This document shows, piece by piece, positions 1-11,900 of a stretch of 64,000 nt of DNA (position 1 is the stretch's first letter; each line of letters starts with the position of its first letter). Below the pieces are notes generated by a model, which was given only the letters and a program-made list of their open reading frames with translations, had not been told where the DNA came from and did not search any database. The translations under genes were made by a program, and so were the position numbers. This DNA comes from Meyerozyma guilliermondii (lineage: Eukaryota), in NCBI GenBank assembly GCA_051546255.1, contig CP128818.1, positions 806,001 through 870,000 on the forward strand, read 5' to 3'.

Positions 1-1029
1 GCAAAAAGAATGCTCCAAATCAGTGCTCATTGGATAAATGTGGGAGCCATAGCAGGAATGATCTTTTTGTTATCTCAGTTGTCCAAGACTCTGCCAGAAA
101 TTAGAGACTTGACTATCGACCCAGCATCTAGACCTGATCCTGAAAACGAGCTGAATGAGCTGAAGGAAGAATATGATGGTAAGAAGCGAGATCCAAAATA
201 TGCCAATGCCCAGAATTCGTCGTTATGGGAAATAGGCAACTTTGTCTCCCATTATCATCCTACAGTTTCTGTCTACGCTTCTTCTTTACTAAGTGGAGAA
301 GAACAACCCAAACCCGACTTGGGTCTCTATACTTTGGCGCATTTCTTGGACAGATTCGTTTACAAAAATGCCAAAGAGAAAGCCACATCCAGAGGAAGTT
401 CCATCATGCAGCCACTTGGAGGAGCACAAACTGGCTCGTTGCTTGTTAAGGCTTCCAACTTGTCGGGAGGTACTCTTCCAGCCAACACCGAGAACTGGCT
501 TTCCAAAAAAGTTGAAGATATTCGTCCCGATGAAAAGTTCTTTTTCGAGTACTTTACGAGCAAACAGAACAAATTGAGGGAGAAAGCCGAGACCAAGAAG
601 GCAGATTTCGATGAAGACGACGAGAACGATGACGAAATTTGGCAGGCATTGGTCAATTCGAGACCTGAAGTCGAAGAGGGTTCTGACGATGGTCTCTCGT
701 TTGACGAGGCAGACTTCCTGGACTACGACGGCAGCGACCTCGGCAGCGATGCCGAGGTTGATGAAGAAAATGAAGAGATTGAGGAAAATGAAGAAATTGA
801 AGAAATTGAAGACGAAGAAGGATCCAAGTCTGATTTAGACGGTCCCGACATGTTTGGGCTCAATTTGGAAGACGAGCTCTCCGACGATGAACCAGCACCT
901 GTACCTAAGAAACGGAGCCGGGAAGAGTCTGGAGAGAAGAAGACCAAAAAGACCAAATTGAGCAGCTTGCCAGTGTTTGCATCGGTGGACGATTACTCGC
1001 AGTACTTGGATTCAGAAGACGACGAATAG
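1..1029 (+). CDS. MAK21: Ribosome biogenesis protein Mak21/Noc1 (CBF domain), 5'-truncated by window edge
   Basis: Frame is open from base 1. CBF-domain motifs YDGKKRDPKYANA, SLWE, HYHPTV and TLAHFLDRFVYKN; acidic tail ending LPVFASVDDYSQYL. Confidence 0.92.
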   Translation, partial: AKRMLQISAHWINVGAIAGMIFLLSQLSKTLPEIRDLTIDPASRPDPENELNELKEEYDGKKRDPKYANAQNSSLWEIGNFVSHYHPTVSVYASSLLSGEEQPKPDLGLYTLAHFLDRFVYKNAKEKATSRGSSIMQPLGGAQTGSLLVKASNLSGGTLPANTENWLSKKVEDIRPDEKFFFEYFTSKQNKLREKAETKKADFDEDDENDDEIWQALVNSRPEVEEGSDDGLSFDEADFLDYDGSDLGSDAEVDEENEEIEENEEIEEIEDEEGSKSDLDGPDMFGLNLEDELSDDEPAPVPKKRSREESGEKKTKKTKLSSLPVFASVDDYSQYLDSEDDE

Positions 1030-1537
1030 TCCAAGAAATTATGATACTTGTAGTATTTTAGTTAATGCTCAACTTAATCTCAAATCTCACAAATTGCAAG
1101 AAATGCATTTTTCGTAAATTATGAATATTTTACGAAGTTTCTATTCCGCAACTAGAGTTAGCAACCGATGCCAAGAGTGGAACAATACACGATTATCACG
1201 CAAAATTATACGGACAGAAACTCGGACATCAGCTGAGACATGCATAAATTATACTCATCGGGAAAAAAAATGCGGTAACTTTTGCCGGTTGTAATCAGTC
1301 TACTACTTCAGAGAAGTAAATCTATCTAACACCCACGATATTGACTGTGTAGAGCTTAGAGCTTGAGGTCCACTATGCATGAGGCGGTTCCATGCATACT
1401 TCCAGATTCCATTTCGAAACCAAGCAACCGTTGGCTGCCGCATGCATGAAAAGCGCATTTTGTATTGACAGAAAACGGCGCAACGTTTCAAACCAAGATA
1501 AAACCATCGCAATCGCAAAAAAACACAATTTTCTTTA

Positions 1538-2302
1538 ATGACGAGACTGAGCTATGAATGTGACGTTTGTGTTCTTGGAGGGCCTGGCATAGGGAAAAGC
1601 TCACTAATACTCCATTATACTAAGGGTATATTTTTGGAGAACATAGAAAGCTCTGTGGAAGATCTTTACCAAAAACAAGCCACCTCACAAGGTGTGAGTA
1701 AAATAATCTCAATCTTGGATACAAATGCAAATGTGGATGCCTACAGTACTTCAAGAAAAGAACAAATAAAGAACGCTGCCACTTTGGTTTTTGCATATTC
1801 AATTGATGATAGAGATTCATTTTTGAAAGTTTCAGATGATTTTGAACGAAACTTGGGAGTTATGAAGACATTACCACCTTGTGCCTTAATTGGCCTAAAG
1901 TCAGACTTGAGTGCAGACCGCCAAGTAGCATACGAAGAAGGACAACGATTAAGCGAACACATGAAAGCAGTCAGCTTCCAGGAGTGCAGTTCCAAACTTT
2001 CAATTAATGTCAACGAGGCATTGGACCCAATTGTGGAGGTTGCATTGCAGAACAGTCTGAAGTCTGAACCGAAGTCCGAGCCGAAGTCCGATCTGGATTT
2101 GAATTCCTATATGACTTTCGAAGTGGAGTCCGCGGCGAAAGCCGATGCGAAGTCCGAGACAAAATCCGAAACAAATTCGGAAGGGAGGACCGAAATGAAA
2201 TCAGGCTCCAGCACACCTCAAACAGTCGAAAGGAACCACCTGCGAAGTATGAAAAAAGAACCGGATTCACTTCACCAAAACCACTGCTGCATCGTCATGT
2301 GA
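1538..2302 (+). CDS. RAS2: Atypical Ras-family small GTPase (Candida Ras2-like)
   Basis: P-loop GGPGIGKS, EDLY effector-like segment, LDT, GLKSD, ECSSK, C-terminal CCIVM CaaX box. Degenerate G boxes and position next to PKC1 match my recollection of Candida RAS2. Confidence 0.7.
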   Translation: MTRLSYECDVCVLGGPGIGKSSLILHYTKGIFLENIESSVEDLYQKQATSQGVSKIISILDTNANVDAYSTSRKEQIKNAATLVFAYSIDDRDSFLKVSDDFERNLGVMKTLPPCALIGLKSDLSADRQVAYEEGQRLSEHMKAVSFQECSSKLSINVNEALDPIVEVALQNSLKSEPKSEPKSDLDLNSYMTFEVESAAKADAKSETKSETNSEGRTEMKSGSSTPQTVERNHLRSMKKEPDSLHQNHCCIVM

Positions 2303-2384
2303 TTACGAGTAATGATAACAATCTAGCATATTATTATAGATACATTCTACACCACCAGGACGTAGCAAATTACCATTGTAACTA

Positions 2385-5300
2385 TTATATTGCAGCATCA
2401 TCGGAGATGTGAGAAAATCCCCGAAACTGTTCCTGCATTTCTGACGTCAACACTGTGTCTACCGGCGTCAATCTAGGAGTTTCCGACGTGAACTCCTTGT
2501 CGAAATTGGAGTAGTCGTGCTCGGAAGTGATTTCAGGAATGTATGGAGGTTGCACCCGCAAGTTGAGAATGTCATCGAAATTCACATCCGAAAAGTATGG
2601 ATGGTCCATAATTTCCTCAGCGTCTCGAGGTCCACTTCCCAAACGAGACAATGGGTCTTTCGTTAATAATGCTTGTAAAACAAGCACCGTTTGCCGTGGC
2701 ATATTAATAGGGTATCGCACGTCATCGTGCTCGATAGCATTGAAAATTTCGTCTTCATCGTCACCTTTGAATGGTGATTGACAAAGCAACATTTGAAAGA
2801 GCAAAACACCAAGTGCCCACCAATCGACTGCCCGGTCGTATTGCTTCCCGGAAATGATTTCAGGAGCCATGAATTCTGGCGTTCCACAGAAGGTGGCAGT
2901 AGTATTGCCTTGCCACATGTTTTCTTTACAAAGACCATAATCACCAATTTTAATGTGGCCCTTAGTGGTAAGCAAAATGTTATCAAGTTTGATATCACGG
3001 TAAACGATTCCATTCTCGTGAAAGTACTTTAGTGCCAATAACACCTCACAAGCATAAAACTTGGCCCGCTTTGCGGAGAACCTAGACTTTTGAATATGCC
3101 ACATCAAATCTCCACCTGAAATGTACTCCATAACGAAATAGATTCTATTTTCCGTTTGGAAACAACAATGCAAATTCAACAAGAATGGATGCATTGCCTT
3201 ATTGGCAGTCAAAAACACTCTCTTTTCGGATTTAACACTTTCAGCTTCATCGTTTTCCACAATAAAATCTTTCTTGAGAACTTTGATAGCACACAATGTC
3301 TGGGTCTGTCTCGACTCAGCAAGCATAACCTTACCAAAGTTACCCTTACCTAAAACAGCGAGAAATTGAAAGTCGTCAAGCCCGATTTTTCTGCGACGTT
3401 TCTTCGTCTTCATTGGTGAGCGAGTTTCCGGTGAAATGTGTGCATGAACGTCTCTACCGTCTTCTGGTTGGTAGTGCTTGTTATCCGCAGCTCTGTTGAT
3501 AACAGCTTGCTGTTCTCCGCGAGTATTATACGTTTCCTGGATACTTGGAGCACCTTGTTGTAAAACACTGCTCTTCTCATTACCGTAGTCAAAGTTGGTG
3601 AAATCGTCCTTTGGTTCGGGTTGCAAATCAGACTGGGAAATGTCATAGGTGAAATCTGGTTGTTGCAGCCCGGAGCTGTAACTGTCACTATCACCTCGAT
3701 CTTCAACAGGGACAGGTGGTGGTGGCCGCCTTGCAACTGGACGTTGGTTAGGGGCATCCACTGGTGCTTGATAAGCGTTAGATGATTGGGTTGGCAACTT
3801 TTCACGGCTTTCTGATTCCATCGAAGGAATCGATGGAACCTTGGTGATGGACGATGCCCCGTCTTGCTTAGGAAGTTTAGGGTAGTCTTTTGTAGCTGGC
3901 TGCTTAGGACGAGGTTTGGTGGACTTGATAGTGGTCAAAATTTTGTTAGCCATCTCCATAGACATTCCACAGAAATCAGGCACCAAGTGCGTACAGTTAG
4001 CGTGACACATGACTCCACACTCGGTACATTTCCGCACATTCTTTCGTCCCCATGGTAAGATGTAACCACAGTGACAACACCATTTGGTACCACGATTGAG
4101 AGTAGGTTCAAAGCGATGAGGAATACGATGATTGAGCTTAGCCTCATCAGGATCAACATCAGCAGAAGAGATGGAGATACACTTGGTAACAACCTTCTGA
4201 TAACATTTTTTGTGGCACAAGAACCGACAGTCTTGACATTGAAAGCCAGTATAACGAAGAAATTCACCACAAAGTGCACAGCACATAATGTTATAAAACT
4301 GTTTTTGCACAAACCTGTGGCCGTGTTGCTCAAACACTTCTTCCTTCTTTTGACGGATAGCACCATGACGGCCGAGCCCTCCCATAAACTGCTTATTAGT
4401 TCTGTTTGATTTGTCGAATGAGAATGTGAGGAGAATTTGGCCGGTGGGCTCAAGATTTATCCATGCTGAGATTTGAATTGGTTTGTCACTCGAAGGGCTA
4501 CTGCCGCCTACCAGACTCGTGGAAAGAGCACCGCTTTGTCCGGACCCAACAGTGGGGCCCGTTTGATTGAAAGCAGCATTATTGCTGCCAACACTGCCGG
4601 TGCCGGAAGAACTAGGAACAGACCCTGAACTTGGAGTGAAGTCATTTCCAGAAACCCATCCAGCTGAACCCATTTCAACCTTACGTTTTCTCAATTCCTC
4701 GGTAATATCACTCAATAAAGCCCACGCAAATGCAACGGGCACCGCTTGACTTCCAGCCTTATCGTATACTGCAAACTCCACCTCATTTCCCTTATCTACG
4801 TCGATTCTGAACTCCTCATTCCATTTGCCCGATCTTGATGGCCGCGTACGTGCCAGCTCAACGTCGTCTACCTTGATTGTCACATACGACTCCAGGCGCT
4901 TAGAGAACATTGGCAGGGCAATGTGGTCGATATCACGTACACAAGTGACCACTACCGTGAGCTTACCCAGCAATGGCTTACGGGCATACTTGGGAGTCAG
5001 GATCACTTGCATGTCTCTGGTGACCTCGTCGACATCGATATGCATATCTTGATACTTTTTGAGAGATTTGTTCAACAACATTATACGCTGATCACTCTCA
5101 ATGCGACCGCCTTCGGCTGCACTGCTACTCAGCTTGTCGCCGTCCATTAGATAGAGCCGTGACAATTTTTCGTTGGCTGCACGGTATTGATTTTCAACCT
5201 GAAGCTTAAATTGTAACTGTTGCATCATATAGGAAATGCGGTGTCCCAAAGAAGGACAATCATATTTTATGAGATCAAACCGAGAATACGACGGTGGGGA

Positions 5301-5528
5301 TCTATGACTAGCCACATCACTGCCATCACCCGTATCACCCAAACTCATCTTTGCCAACGTTTCTTGAAGGTAATCAATGTTGGACTGGGTCTCTCTAATT
5401 TGATTGTTACATCTCTGGATGACCTCAGCGTTCTGAGTTGTTTTCTTGAGGGTCTGAAACCCCTGAATGAGCTTCCGCTCACGATCAATCTTCCCTCTAA
5501 TGTCGTTTAACACCGATTCTTTGGACAT
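2385..5528 (-). CDS. PKC1: Protein kinase C
   Basis: HR1 repeats, C2 domain, pseudosubstrate RHGAIRQKK, two C1 zinc fingers, AGC kinase domain (LGKGNFGKV, YRDIKLDN, TFCGTPEFMAPE). Confidence 0.98.
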   Translation of the reverse strand: MSKESVLNDIRGKIDRERKLIQGFQTLKKTTQNAEVIQRCNNQIRETQSNIDYLQETLAKMSLGDTGDGSDVASHRSPPSYSRFDLIKYDCPSLGHRISYMMQQLQFKLQVENQYRAANEKLSRLYLMDGDKLSSSAAEGGRIESDQRIMLLNKSLKKYQDMHIDVDEVTRDMQVILTPKYARKPLLGKLTVVVTCVRDIDHIALPMFSKRLESYVTIKVDDVELARTRPSRSGKWNEEFRIDVDKGNEVEFAVYDKAGSQAVPVAFAWALLSDITEELRKRKVEMGSAGWVSGNDFTPSSGSVPSSSGTGSVGSNNAAFNQTGPTVGSGQSGALSTSLVGGSSPSSDKPIQISAWINLEPTGQILLTFSFDKSNRTNKQFMGGLGRHGAIRQKKEEVFEQHGHRFVQKQFYNIMCCALCGEFLRYTGFQCQDCRFLCHKKCYQKVVTKCISISSADVDPDEAKLNHRIPHRFEPTLNRGTKWCCHCGYILPWGRKNVRKCTECGVMCHANCTHLVPDFCGMSMEMANKILTTIKSTKPRPKQPATKDYPKLPKQDGASSITKVPSIPSMESESREKLPTQSSNAYQAPVDAPNQRPVARRPPPPVPVEDRGDSDSYSSGLQQPDFTYDISQSDLQPEPKDDFTNFDYGNEKSSVLQQGAPSIQETYNTRGEQQAVINRAADNKHYQPEDGRDVHAHISPETRSPMKTKKRRRKIGLDDFQFLAVLGKGNFGKVMLAESRQTQTLCAIKVLKKDFIVENDEAESVKSEKRVFLTANKAMHPFLLNLHCCFQTENRIYFVMEYISGGDLMWHIQKSRFSAKRAKFYACEVLLALKYFHENGIVYRDIKLDNILLTTKGHIKIGDYGLCKENMWQGNTTATFCGTPEFMAPEIISGKQYDRAVDWWALGVLLFQMLLCQSPFKGDDEDEIFNAIEHDDVRYPINMPRQTVLVLQALLTKDPLSRLGSGPRDAEEIMDHPYFSDVNFDDILNLRVQPPYIPEITSEHDYSNFDKEFTSETPRLTPVDTVLTSEMQEQFRGFSHISDDAAI

Positions 5529-5889
5529 GGTGCAATATTTTAATTGACGAAAATGACCTCAGAGGTCCAAAATGGAAACTTTTTGAATTAATACGCGTCG
5601 ATCTACTCAAAGGAGCACTCAAAATGGGTCAATTTGCCGTTAAAATGGGATATTGGTTGCCACAGAATTGGGAAACACTAATAGTAACAACAATTAAATT
5701 GTGTCGTTCACTCGGTTCGCCGTGCAGGGCACGGTGTTTGGGTTTCCAAATCAGGACCTGGCCGAGCTGCAGGCCGGAACAACTAGAGCTGTGCGTCGGC
5801 GTAATTGCCTAAAGAGTCAAAAAAGTTGCAAAAAAGAGTTGCAAAAACTACAGTTCTCAATAATTATCCAAGGTTCTGTATTAATTTTT

Positions 5890-8775
5890 TCACTTGCTGT
5901 TGCATCGGCAACTGCAATCAGGAACAGGACAAACATAGTGCTTGGAAAACCATTCCTCAGCATGCACGGCATGTGCTCCATGGTTGCAACTCATACAGAA
6001 ACTGAACCAGTCTCTGAACCGGGCCTGGTTTCTGGACCTTATGTCGCTATCATTGGGCTTTTGTGATAAGTCAACCGGAACCGGAGTTCCCAACGTCAAA
6101 AGACACACAGCACAACGAGGAAGAGGCGATCGACAATGAGGACAAACATTATCATCTCCACGGCGTCGCTGGTTAAAATGTATAAGAGCAGCGTCTTTAC
6201 TTTTGCCCATTTCTGCCCCTGTGCCCACCAGTCCTATGTTTTTGTTGCATTTGAGACACTGCAAGTAAACCTGTTTTGGGGCTGCTGCAACTAGAACCTT
6301 ATTATCTTGCGACTTTGAAAGTCTGGTTCTACCCACATCAAACCGTGCTCTCGTGCTATACATGCCCCAGCTGTTAAGTAAACTGCGATAACAGTCAAGC
6401 CAATGGTCGGCTCGAATATCGACGAAATATCGTGGCACGGCAAACAGACTGATCAAGGCAGCAGTTTGAACATCATTGGTTCGATTGACATACATCTGAA
6501 GCAACTCTATGCCTCGAGGAGTAAGCCCAGTCAAGATTAACCCTTCAAGCTCTCCACGAGCAACAACATAATCGGCAATTCGATTGAGATATATCGTGAG
6601 ATCTTTGTCTGAAAGATACCGAAGTGCAACTCCCAATCGTTCTCTCAAAGGTAACGAGTTTTCATCCAACACATCGCTCCAGTCGCTGTCTGCTACAAAC
6701 GCAAAGATGGCTCGCAAGTACGGATTATCCATTTCCAGTGCCATACGTCGACACTGGTCTTTCCATGGGCTGTTCACATTGATATCCTTGTACGCCAAGT
6801 ACCCAGCCACAGCAGCTGAAACTAGTCGAAGACGTTCCTTCTTTGAAGATGCCAATATTTCAACGGCTCGATTTACCTTTCCGTGGAAAACTGCCCATCC
6901 TGCTGCCTTTTCGTACTGTCCAAGTTCTACTAAATCGTCGAGCTTGTCGTCGAGTTCATCGTCCGCAAGGTACCATCCCGAAATAATTAAGCAGAGTTTT
7001 CTTTGAACTCTTTTTTCCGAGTTGCTAGCAATGGAAATCCCACTGGTTTTCTTGCCTTTACCGGCAACTATAGCTTTCACGGCCAGCGCAAATACAGTTT
7101 CGTCAACTTCCCCAGCGTACCTCCGTTGTCCACGAAGATCCTGGGCTCCATTCCAGATTCCAAGTACTCCCTGATACCCAAGATCTAGTCCCTGAGACAA
7201 CATGGTACCTTTAGTGAGAGACTTTTGAGCAAGAGTAAGCCATCGCCAAGTATTGCGAAGAAAATGCTGCTTATCAATTCCACCAAGTGTCGCGAGAACA
7301 TCAACGTTGGTTTCTGGATCAAGACCGTAGCCTGCAATGGCTCTTTTGCGGATTAACGAGCAGATATCAAAGTCTAAGATCTCATTAATGGAGAGCACAG
7401 ACCCCATACTTGTGCCTTGCTGGGTAGGTTCCCACTCCGTTTCGTCCTCAGAAGTTGCCTCCGAGTCCGACTCTGAATCAAGATCAGACTCAGATGCCGA
7501 AATTTGACGGGTTCCATGAATGTTGCTGGGCGGGTCAAAAGTGCTGTGTTTCTTTCTTTTCCCTGGCTTGACTTGGACCACGGGCTCATAGAACTGTGTA
7601 GCCAGTCCTTCTGACCCTGCCATAGTTATTTCGTTGTACAGGTTGAACGATAAGCTATCGATGCACTCGCGAGACAGCATTCGAAAAACCGATCCCAGCT
7701 GTCTCATACAAGCAAAATAGATACTCGAAGGTAAATCGTGATGTGGAGAGTAGTCAAACAGAATAACTCTCTCGTAATCGGTCTTGACATCGAGCACAAA
7801 AGACACAAATAGCGAATCCATATTGGGCTTGTATAATTGGGCAGCTTGGTGTTTAAGATTCAGCACAGAGCTTCTGGTACCACTACTCAATCTTCTGGCC
7901 TGGGTAGCGGTGTCCTTTGACTGTGGAGCCACTCCCGTATGCCAGCGACGGATGAGATTGCCAGAAAATACCAGTGAAAATTCACCACTTCGAACAGGTG
8001 AGTATCTCAAACACGGCAGGGTTTTTCTGGAACCATCCGACAAAAGCTTTGGAAACTGAAGCACCGGCAGCTCAGACACCATGGTTGTCAGCAATGACTT
8101 GTGTTTCATGCCATGGGAAGTGAGTCTTCTTCGATCCCACACGGCAACCAGACCATCGTCTCCGTACAGCAGAAAGTAATGAGGTTGAAGAAGATCCGGA
8201 GTTAATCCTAATGTGCACTTGGTGGCTATTTGGAACGACGGCTGGTCATTTCGGAGGTCGAATTGACGGAGAAACTTATAACTTCCCGAAATAAGACTTG
8301 AATCTGAATCCAGGAAAAATACCGTGGAAAGTATCGCTTCGTTAGGAACGTATGTGTGTAGAGGCCTATATTCTTTCTCGTTCAGGTCACTCTTGTTGAC
8401 ATCCCAGATCTGGAGACTGTTATCTTGACGTCCCTTATCAAATCCAGTGGCCAATAGTCCATTAATATTGAAAGAGAGCGAATTACACTGTCTGCTTTGT
8501 TTTGGCTTCAATCGTATAATCGATGGTTTTGGCTCACAGAGGTCAAATATGCATACCACCCCATTTATCTGGCCCACGGCAGTCTTTCCCACGTCGTTCC
8601 GGGCATAGGCGGAACACTGGATGTTTTCAAAGCCTGAATGAGCTGTGACCCGAGTGAGGTTTTCGGGATCGTCAGACGTCTCATACAAAATCACTTCGTC
8701 CCCGAGAGGAGGAATTGCTATGAACCGCTGCCGCTCATCCTGATCCCACCCTAGAGCTCTCACAATGCCACTCAT
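5890..8775 (-). CDS. SEA4: SEACAT/GATOR2 subunit Sea4 (MIOS homologue)
   Basis: N-terminal WD40 repeats, alpha-solenoid (YEKAAGWAVFHG, NPYLRAIFAF), C-terminal RING-like LPRCAVC..CNHGAHAVHAEEWF..CPVPDCSCRC. Start placed at first ATG, 8775. Confidence 0.92.
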   Translation of the reverse strand: MSGIVRALGWDQDERQRFIAIPPLGDEVILYETSDDPENLTRVTAHSGFENIQCSAYARNDVGKTAVGQINGVVCIFDLCEPKPSIIRLKPKQSRQCNSLSFNINGLLATGFDKGRQDNSLQIWDVNKSDLNEKEYRPLHTYVPNEAILSTVFFLDSDSSLISGSYKFLRQFDLRNDQPSFQIATKCTLGLTPDLLQPHYFLLYGDDGLVAVWDRRRLTSHGMKHKSLLTTMVSELPVLQFPKLLSDGSRKTLPCLRYSPVRSGEFSLVFSGNLIRRWHTGVAPQSKDTATQARRLSSGTRSSVLNLKHQAAQLYKPNMDSLFVSFVLDVKTDYERVILFDYSPHHDLPSSIYFACMRQLGSVFRMLSRECIDSLSFNLYNEITMAGSEGLATQFYEPVVQVKPGKRKKHSTFDPPSNIHGTRQISASESDLDSESDSEATSEDETEWEPTQQGTSMGSVLSINEILDFDICSLIRKRAIAGYGLDPETNVDVLATLGGIDKQHFLRNTWRWLTLAQKSLTKGTMLSQGLDLGYQGVLGIWNGAQDLRGQRRYAGEVDETVFALAVKAIVAGKGKKTSGISIASNSEKRVQRKLCLIISGWYLADDELDDKLDDLVELGQYEKAAGWAVFHGKVNRAVEILASSKKERLRLVSAAVAGYLAYKDINVNSPWKDQCRRMALEMDNPYLRAIFAFVADSDWSDVLDENSLPLRERLGVALRYLSDKDLTIYLNRIADYVVARGELEGLILTGLTPRGIELLQMYVNRTNDVQTAALISLFAVPRYFVDIRADHWLDCYRSLLNSWGMYSTRARFDVGRTRLSKSQDNKVLVAAAPKQVYLQCLKCNKNIGLVGTGAEMGKSKDAALIHFNQRRRGDDNVCPHCRSPLPRCAVCLLTLGTPVPVDLSQKPNDSDIRSRNQARFRDWFSFCMSCNHGAHAVHAEEWFSKHYVCPVPDCSCRCNSK

Positions 8776-8910
8776 GGTGAATGTATGGCAACACAGCACA
8801 AGTTCACAGACCAAAGTGTTGTGGAGTGAATTAATGAGAATATAGATACAGGACCAGACATCTCGTTATCGGCCCTGCAGGACACTAAGGTTTACATTTA
8901 TTAATATACA

Positions 8911-11900
8911 TCAGTTCACCTTGGCGGTGCTCACTCTGTTGCCCGAAAACTCGTACCCGTTCTGGCGGTCGTACGCCTGTTCTTCTTGCTCCACAATAAA
9001 CTTGATGATATTCACCAAGTTTTTGAACGATCTTGTAGGTCCTCGGAGGTTCTCCACGTGTAGCGACGATGCGTTGACCAAATCCATGATTTCGATCCGG
9101 AATTTCAATTTGCGTCCTCCAGTGAATTTGGCAGGAATTGTACCGTTGATAAGCCCAAATTCTTCGTCAATATTAACCTTCGAAACCGACCCTTCAATGC
9201 GCTTCATCTCCAATGTGTTCCGGATTACTCTCATCAATTCCGACGCACTGAGCTTGGAGTCAAGTATTTGGATCTTTTTGTTATACTGCGCAGTATTCTT
9301 GATTGTCGATTTCGCAGGTTTGTTCCTGGATCCAATAGAATCGATCAACTTGCGGAACCAACCCTTTGACTCAGCTTTAGGCCCATTGTCATCTGAAGTG
9401 TAGATCTTGGATTGAACAGAAAACCTAGGAAGTCGATGGTGGCCCTTACTTTCAATGTCAGACGCCAGTGGTGGTTTGGGAGCCTCTCTCTTGGGTTTCA
9501 AGCTCATTCGCCTTATGATGGTCGAGTATCTTCCAACATCTTTGGCTGCTCCAGATTCATCAATGTTCTGTTCAGGTTCTCTTTCTTTCAAGCTAGCTTT
9601 CTCTTTGTCGTCCACCAATCTGTCCAAGGTGCTAAAAACTTGAGTAGAAGCTCGCGTTGGTGCTCTCTCTTCTTGCAAGTCATTAGCAGCCTGCTCATAT
9701 TCATTGTCTTGTCCGAAGCCGGTAGCTGCTTGGTCGTCAATAGTTGGTTCATATCCGTCGTGCTCAAACCCATCATTAGCTTCTTGTTCAGCTGCCTCTA
9801 CCTCCAACTCATTCAACGTCGCTGATCGACTGTAGCTAGCACCGGACTTGTCAAGCACGTCATAGTTCAGAGACGATTTGCGGCGGGAGTATTCGTCTTG
9901 GTCAACGGTTTTCTTTGTTGCATGGTGACTAATACTTCTTTCGTCACCATAAATACGTTCATAATCCTTATACAAGGACTTTATAGTGGTCTTGTCTGAA
10001 TCAGCATCTTCGTGCCTCGAAACATCGAGCAGATTATCGATCAAACTTGGACGAGACTTGTTCAGTGCTCCTATTTCGGCCGTTCGACTACTGATGATGT
10101 CAAAGTTTGAAATATCAGTTTCCATTCCTCCCTTTTCCTCGGTGAAACTAGGTTGACTTTCGTCTCCAAGAATAGTGTTTTGACTATCTTCGTCGGAGTG
10201 AATATGTGTCTCTTCGACCACCGTATCTCCCAAGTGAACAGATACAAATTGAGAATGATTTTGTTCATAAGAGCCACTGGACGCTTGTCTGCTATGATGT
10301 TGCGACATTTGACGTGACCTTGACTTCTCAGCTATGCTGTTATGACGGGAATTATTACTTTTAAGGTCAATTCCTAGACCCAAGAGATTGGTTGACGATT
10401 TCTTCAACATGCCCGTAGGAAGAGAAGGCAATGTCTTATCATGGATCAACTCAGAAGTACGAGGAGACTTGACAACGGTGTTTCCTCTCAGAAGCGAATT
10501 TGAAATTATGGTTTGACTTGGAGCCGATGGAAATTCGTTGACGGATATAGTGGAAGGATTCAAGTTTCCAAGAAGACCATTGAAAGAAAACCTGGAAAAC
10601 CGAGGATTAGGAATGAGGCCCGTTCTTCTCGAGTCAAGAGTTCTCATTGTTGTATCAGCTAACTTTCGCAGAAGTGGTTCCCTTGGAGGCGACATCGATG
10701 GGAGGGTTTTACCTGTCTCATCAATTCCACCAAGAAGAGACTTGTATGGCATAGAGAGTGGCTTGCGAGACTTGGTATCTGTCGACCATTGGGACGCGGA
10801 AGAGCGTTGAGACCTCTCTGACTTGACGGACTTTTGGGATCCAGAACGCAGAATGGTTGGTAAAGGACCAACGTTTTCCTTTTCAATTTCGTTGAAATCG
10901 CCTAGACTGATTCTATCTGCTTGGGTAACCTTGGCGTCTTGTAAGTACGCGGAAAGGTGACGAGAGCTGGATGTCTTCACAGACTCATTGATCTTGCCGG
11001 GATTCAAGTCAACTCCCAACTGCTGCAAAACTTTTGTGGTATTTTGATTAATGGATCCTTTGCGAAGCGATGAGTATGAAGATGGTGACGCCAAAGACTT
11101 TGCTCTCAATAACGAGTTTATGTTTTTGGTACGAGGGTCGAGGGAAGAGGTATGGATTGGTTCGGTTACAGAACGGCGATCTGCTTTCTGAACGGTGCCA
11201 TCTCTTGCCAGTTTTGCGGTCTTTGGTTCACTCAATTTGTTTACAGCAGCTTGCTTTTCTGCTCTTTTGGCTCTTTCCAAATTTAATCTTTCAACTTCGT
11301 TGGCCTCAGCACGGGCTGCTGCTGCTTTTGCGGCATTCAACTTGGCAACTTCTGCTTTGGCTTTCGCCTGCGCTTCAAGAAGGTACCGGTGTTCACGCTC
11401 TTCGTTTTGCTTGTGGACTCTCATTGCTAGTTCACGCTCATGCTTTTCAATTGGAGAAAGGTTTTTCGAAGTACGACGTTGAGGCACGGGTTTCTCAAAA
11501 ACGTCCTGGCATTCCTTCTCAAAGTTCATCAATGAGCTGCTTCCAAAAGTTCCCGTTACCTTACTTTTGACCTCTTCATTTTCAACGTTCTCTAAAGCTA
11601 GCAAGCCAGTTGGTTTACGTTTGAGCAGGGACTTGGACTTGGTCTTGAGTGATCTTGACGAGGAGCGAGTTGACATTGCATGCTTCTTTTTTGTAAACGA
11701 CGTGGATGCGGTAAAGCTCTTATTCTTAGGGGAGTTTGTGTGGGTATTTGTTATGTTACCCAAAACATTCTTCCGTGATTTGCTCGAATGAATAGAATTT
11801 GATGGGGGAATCTTCTGGACGGTGGTGGTGGTATACTTGGATCCGGTAGAAGGATCGGTGGTTGTGATCCGTACAATGCTGGTGGAACGTGGGAATGAAT

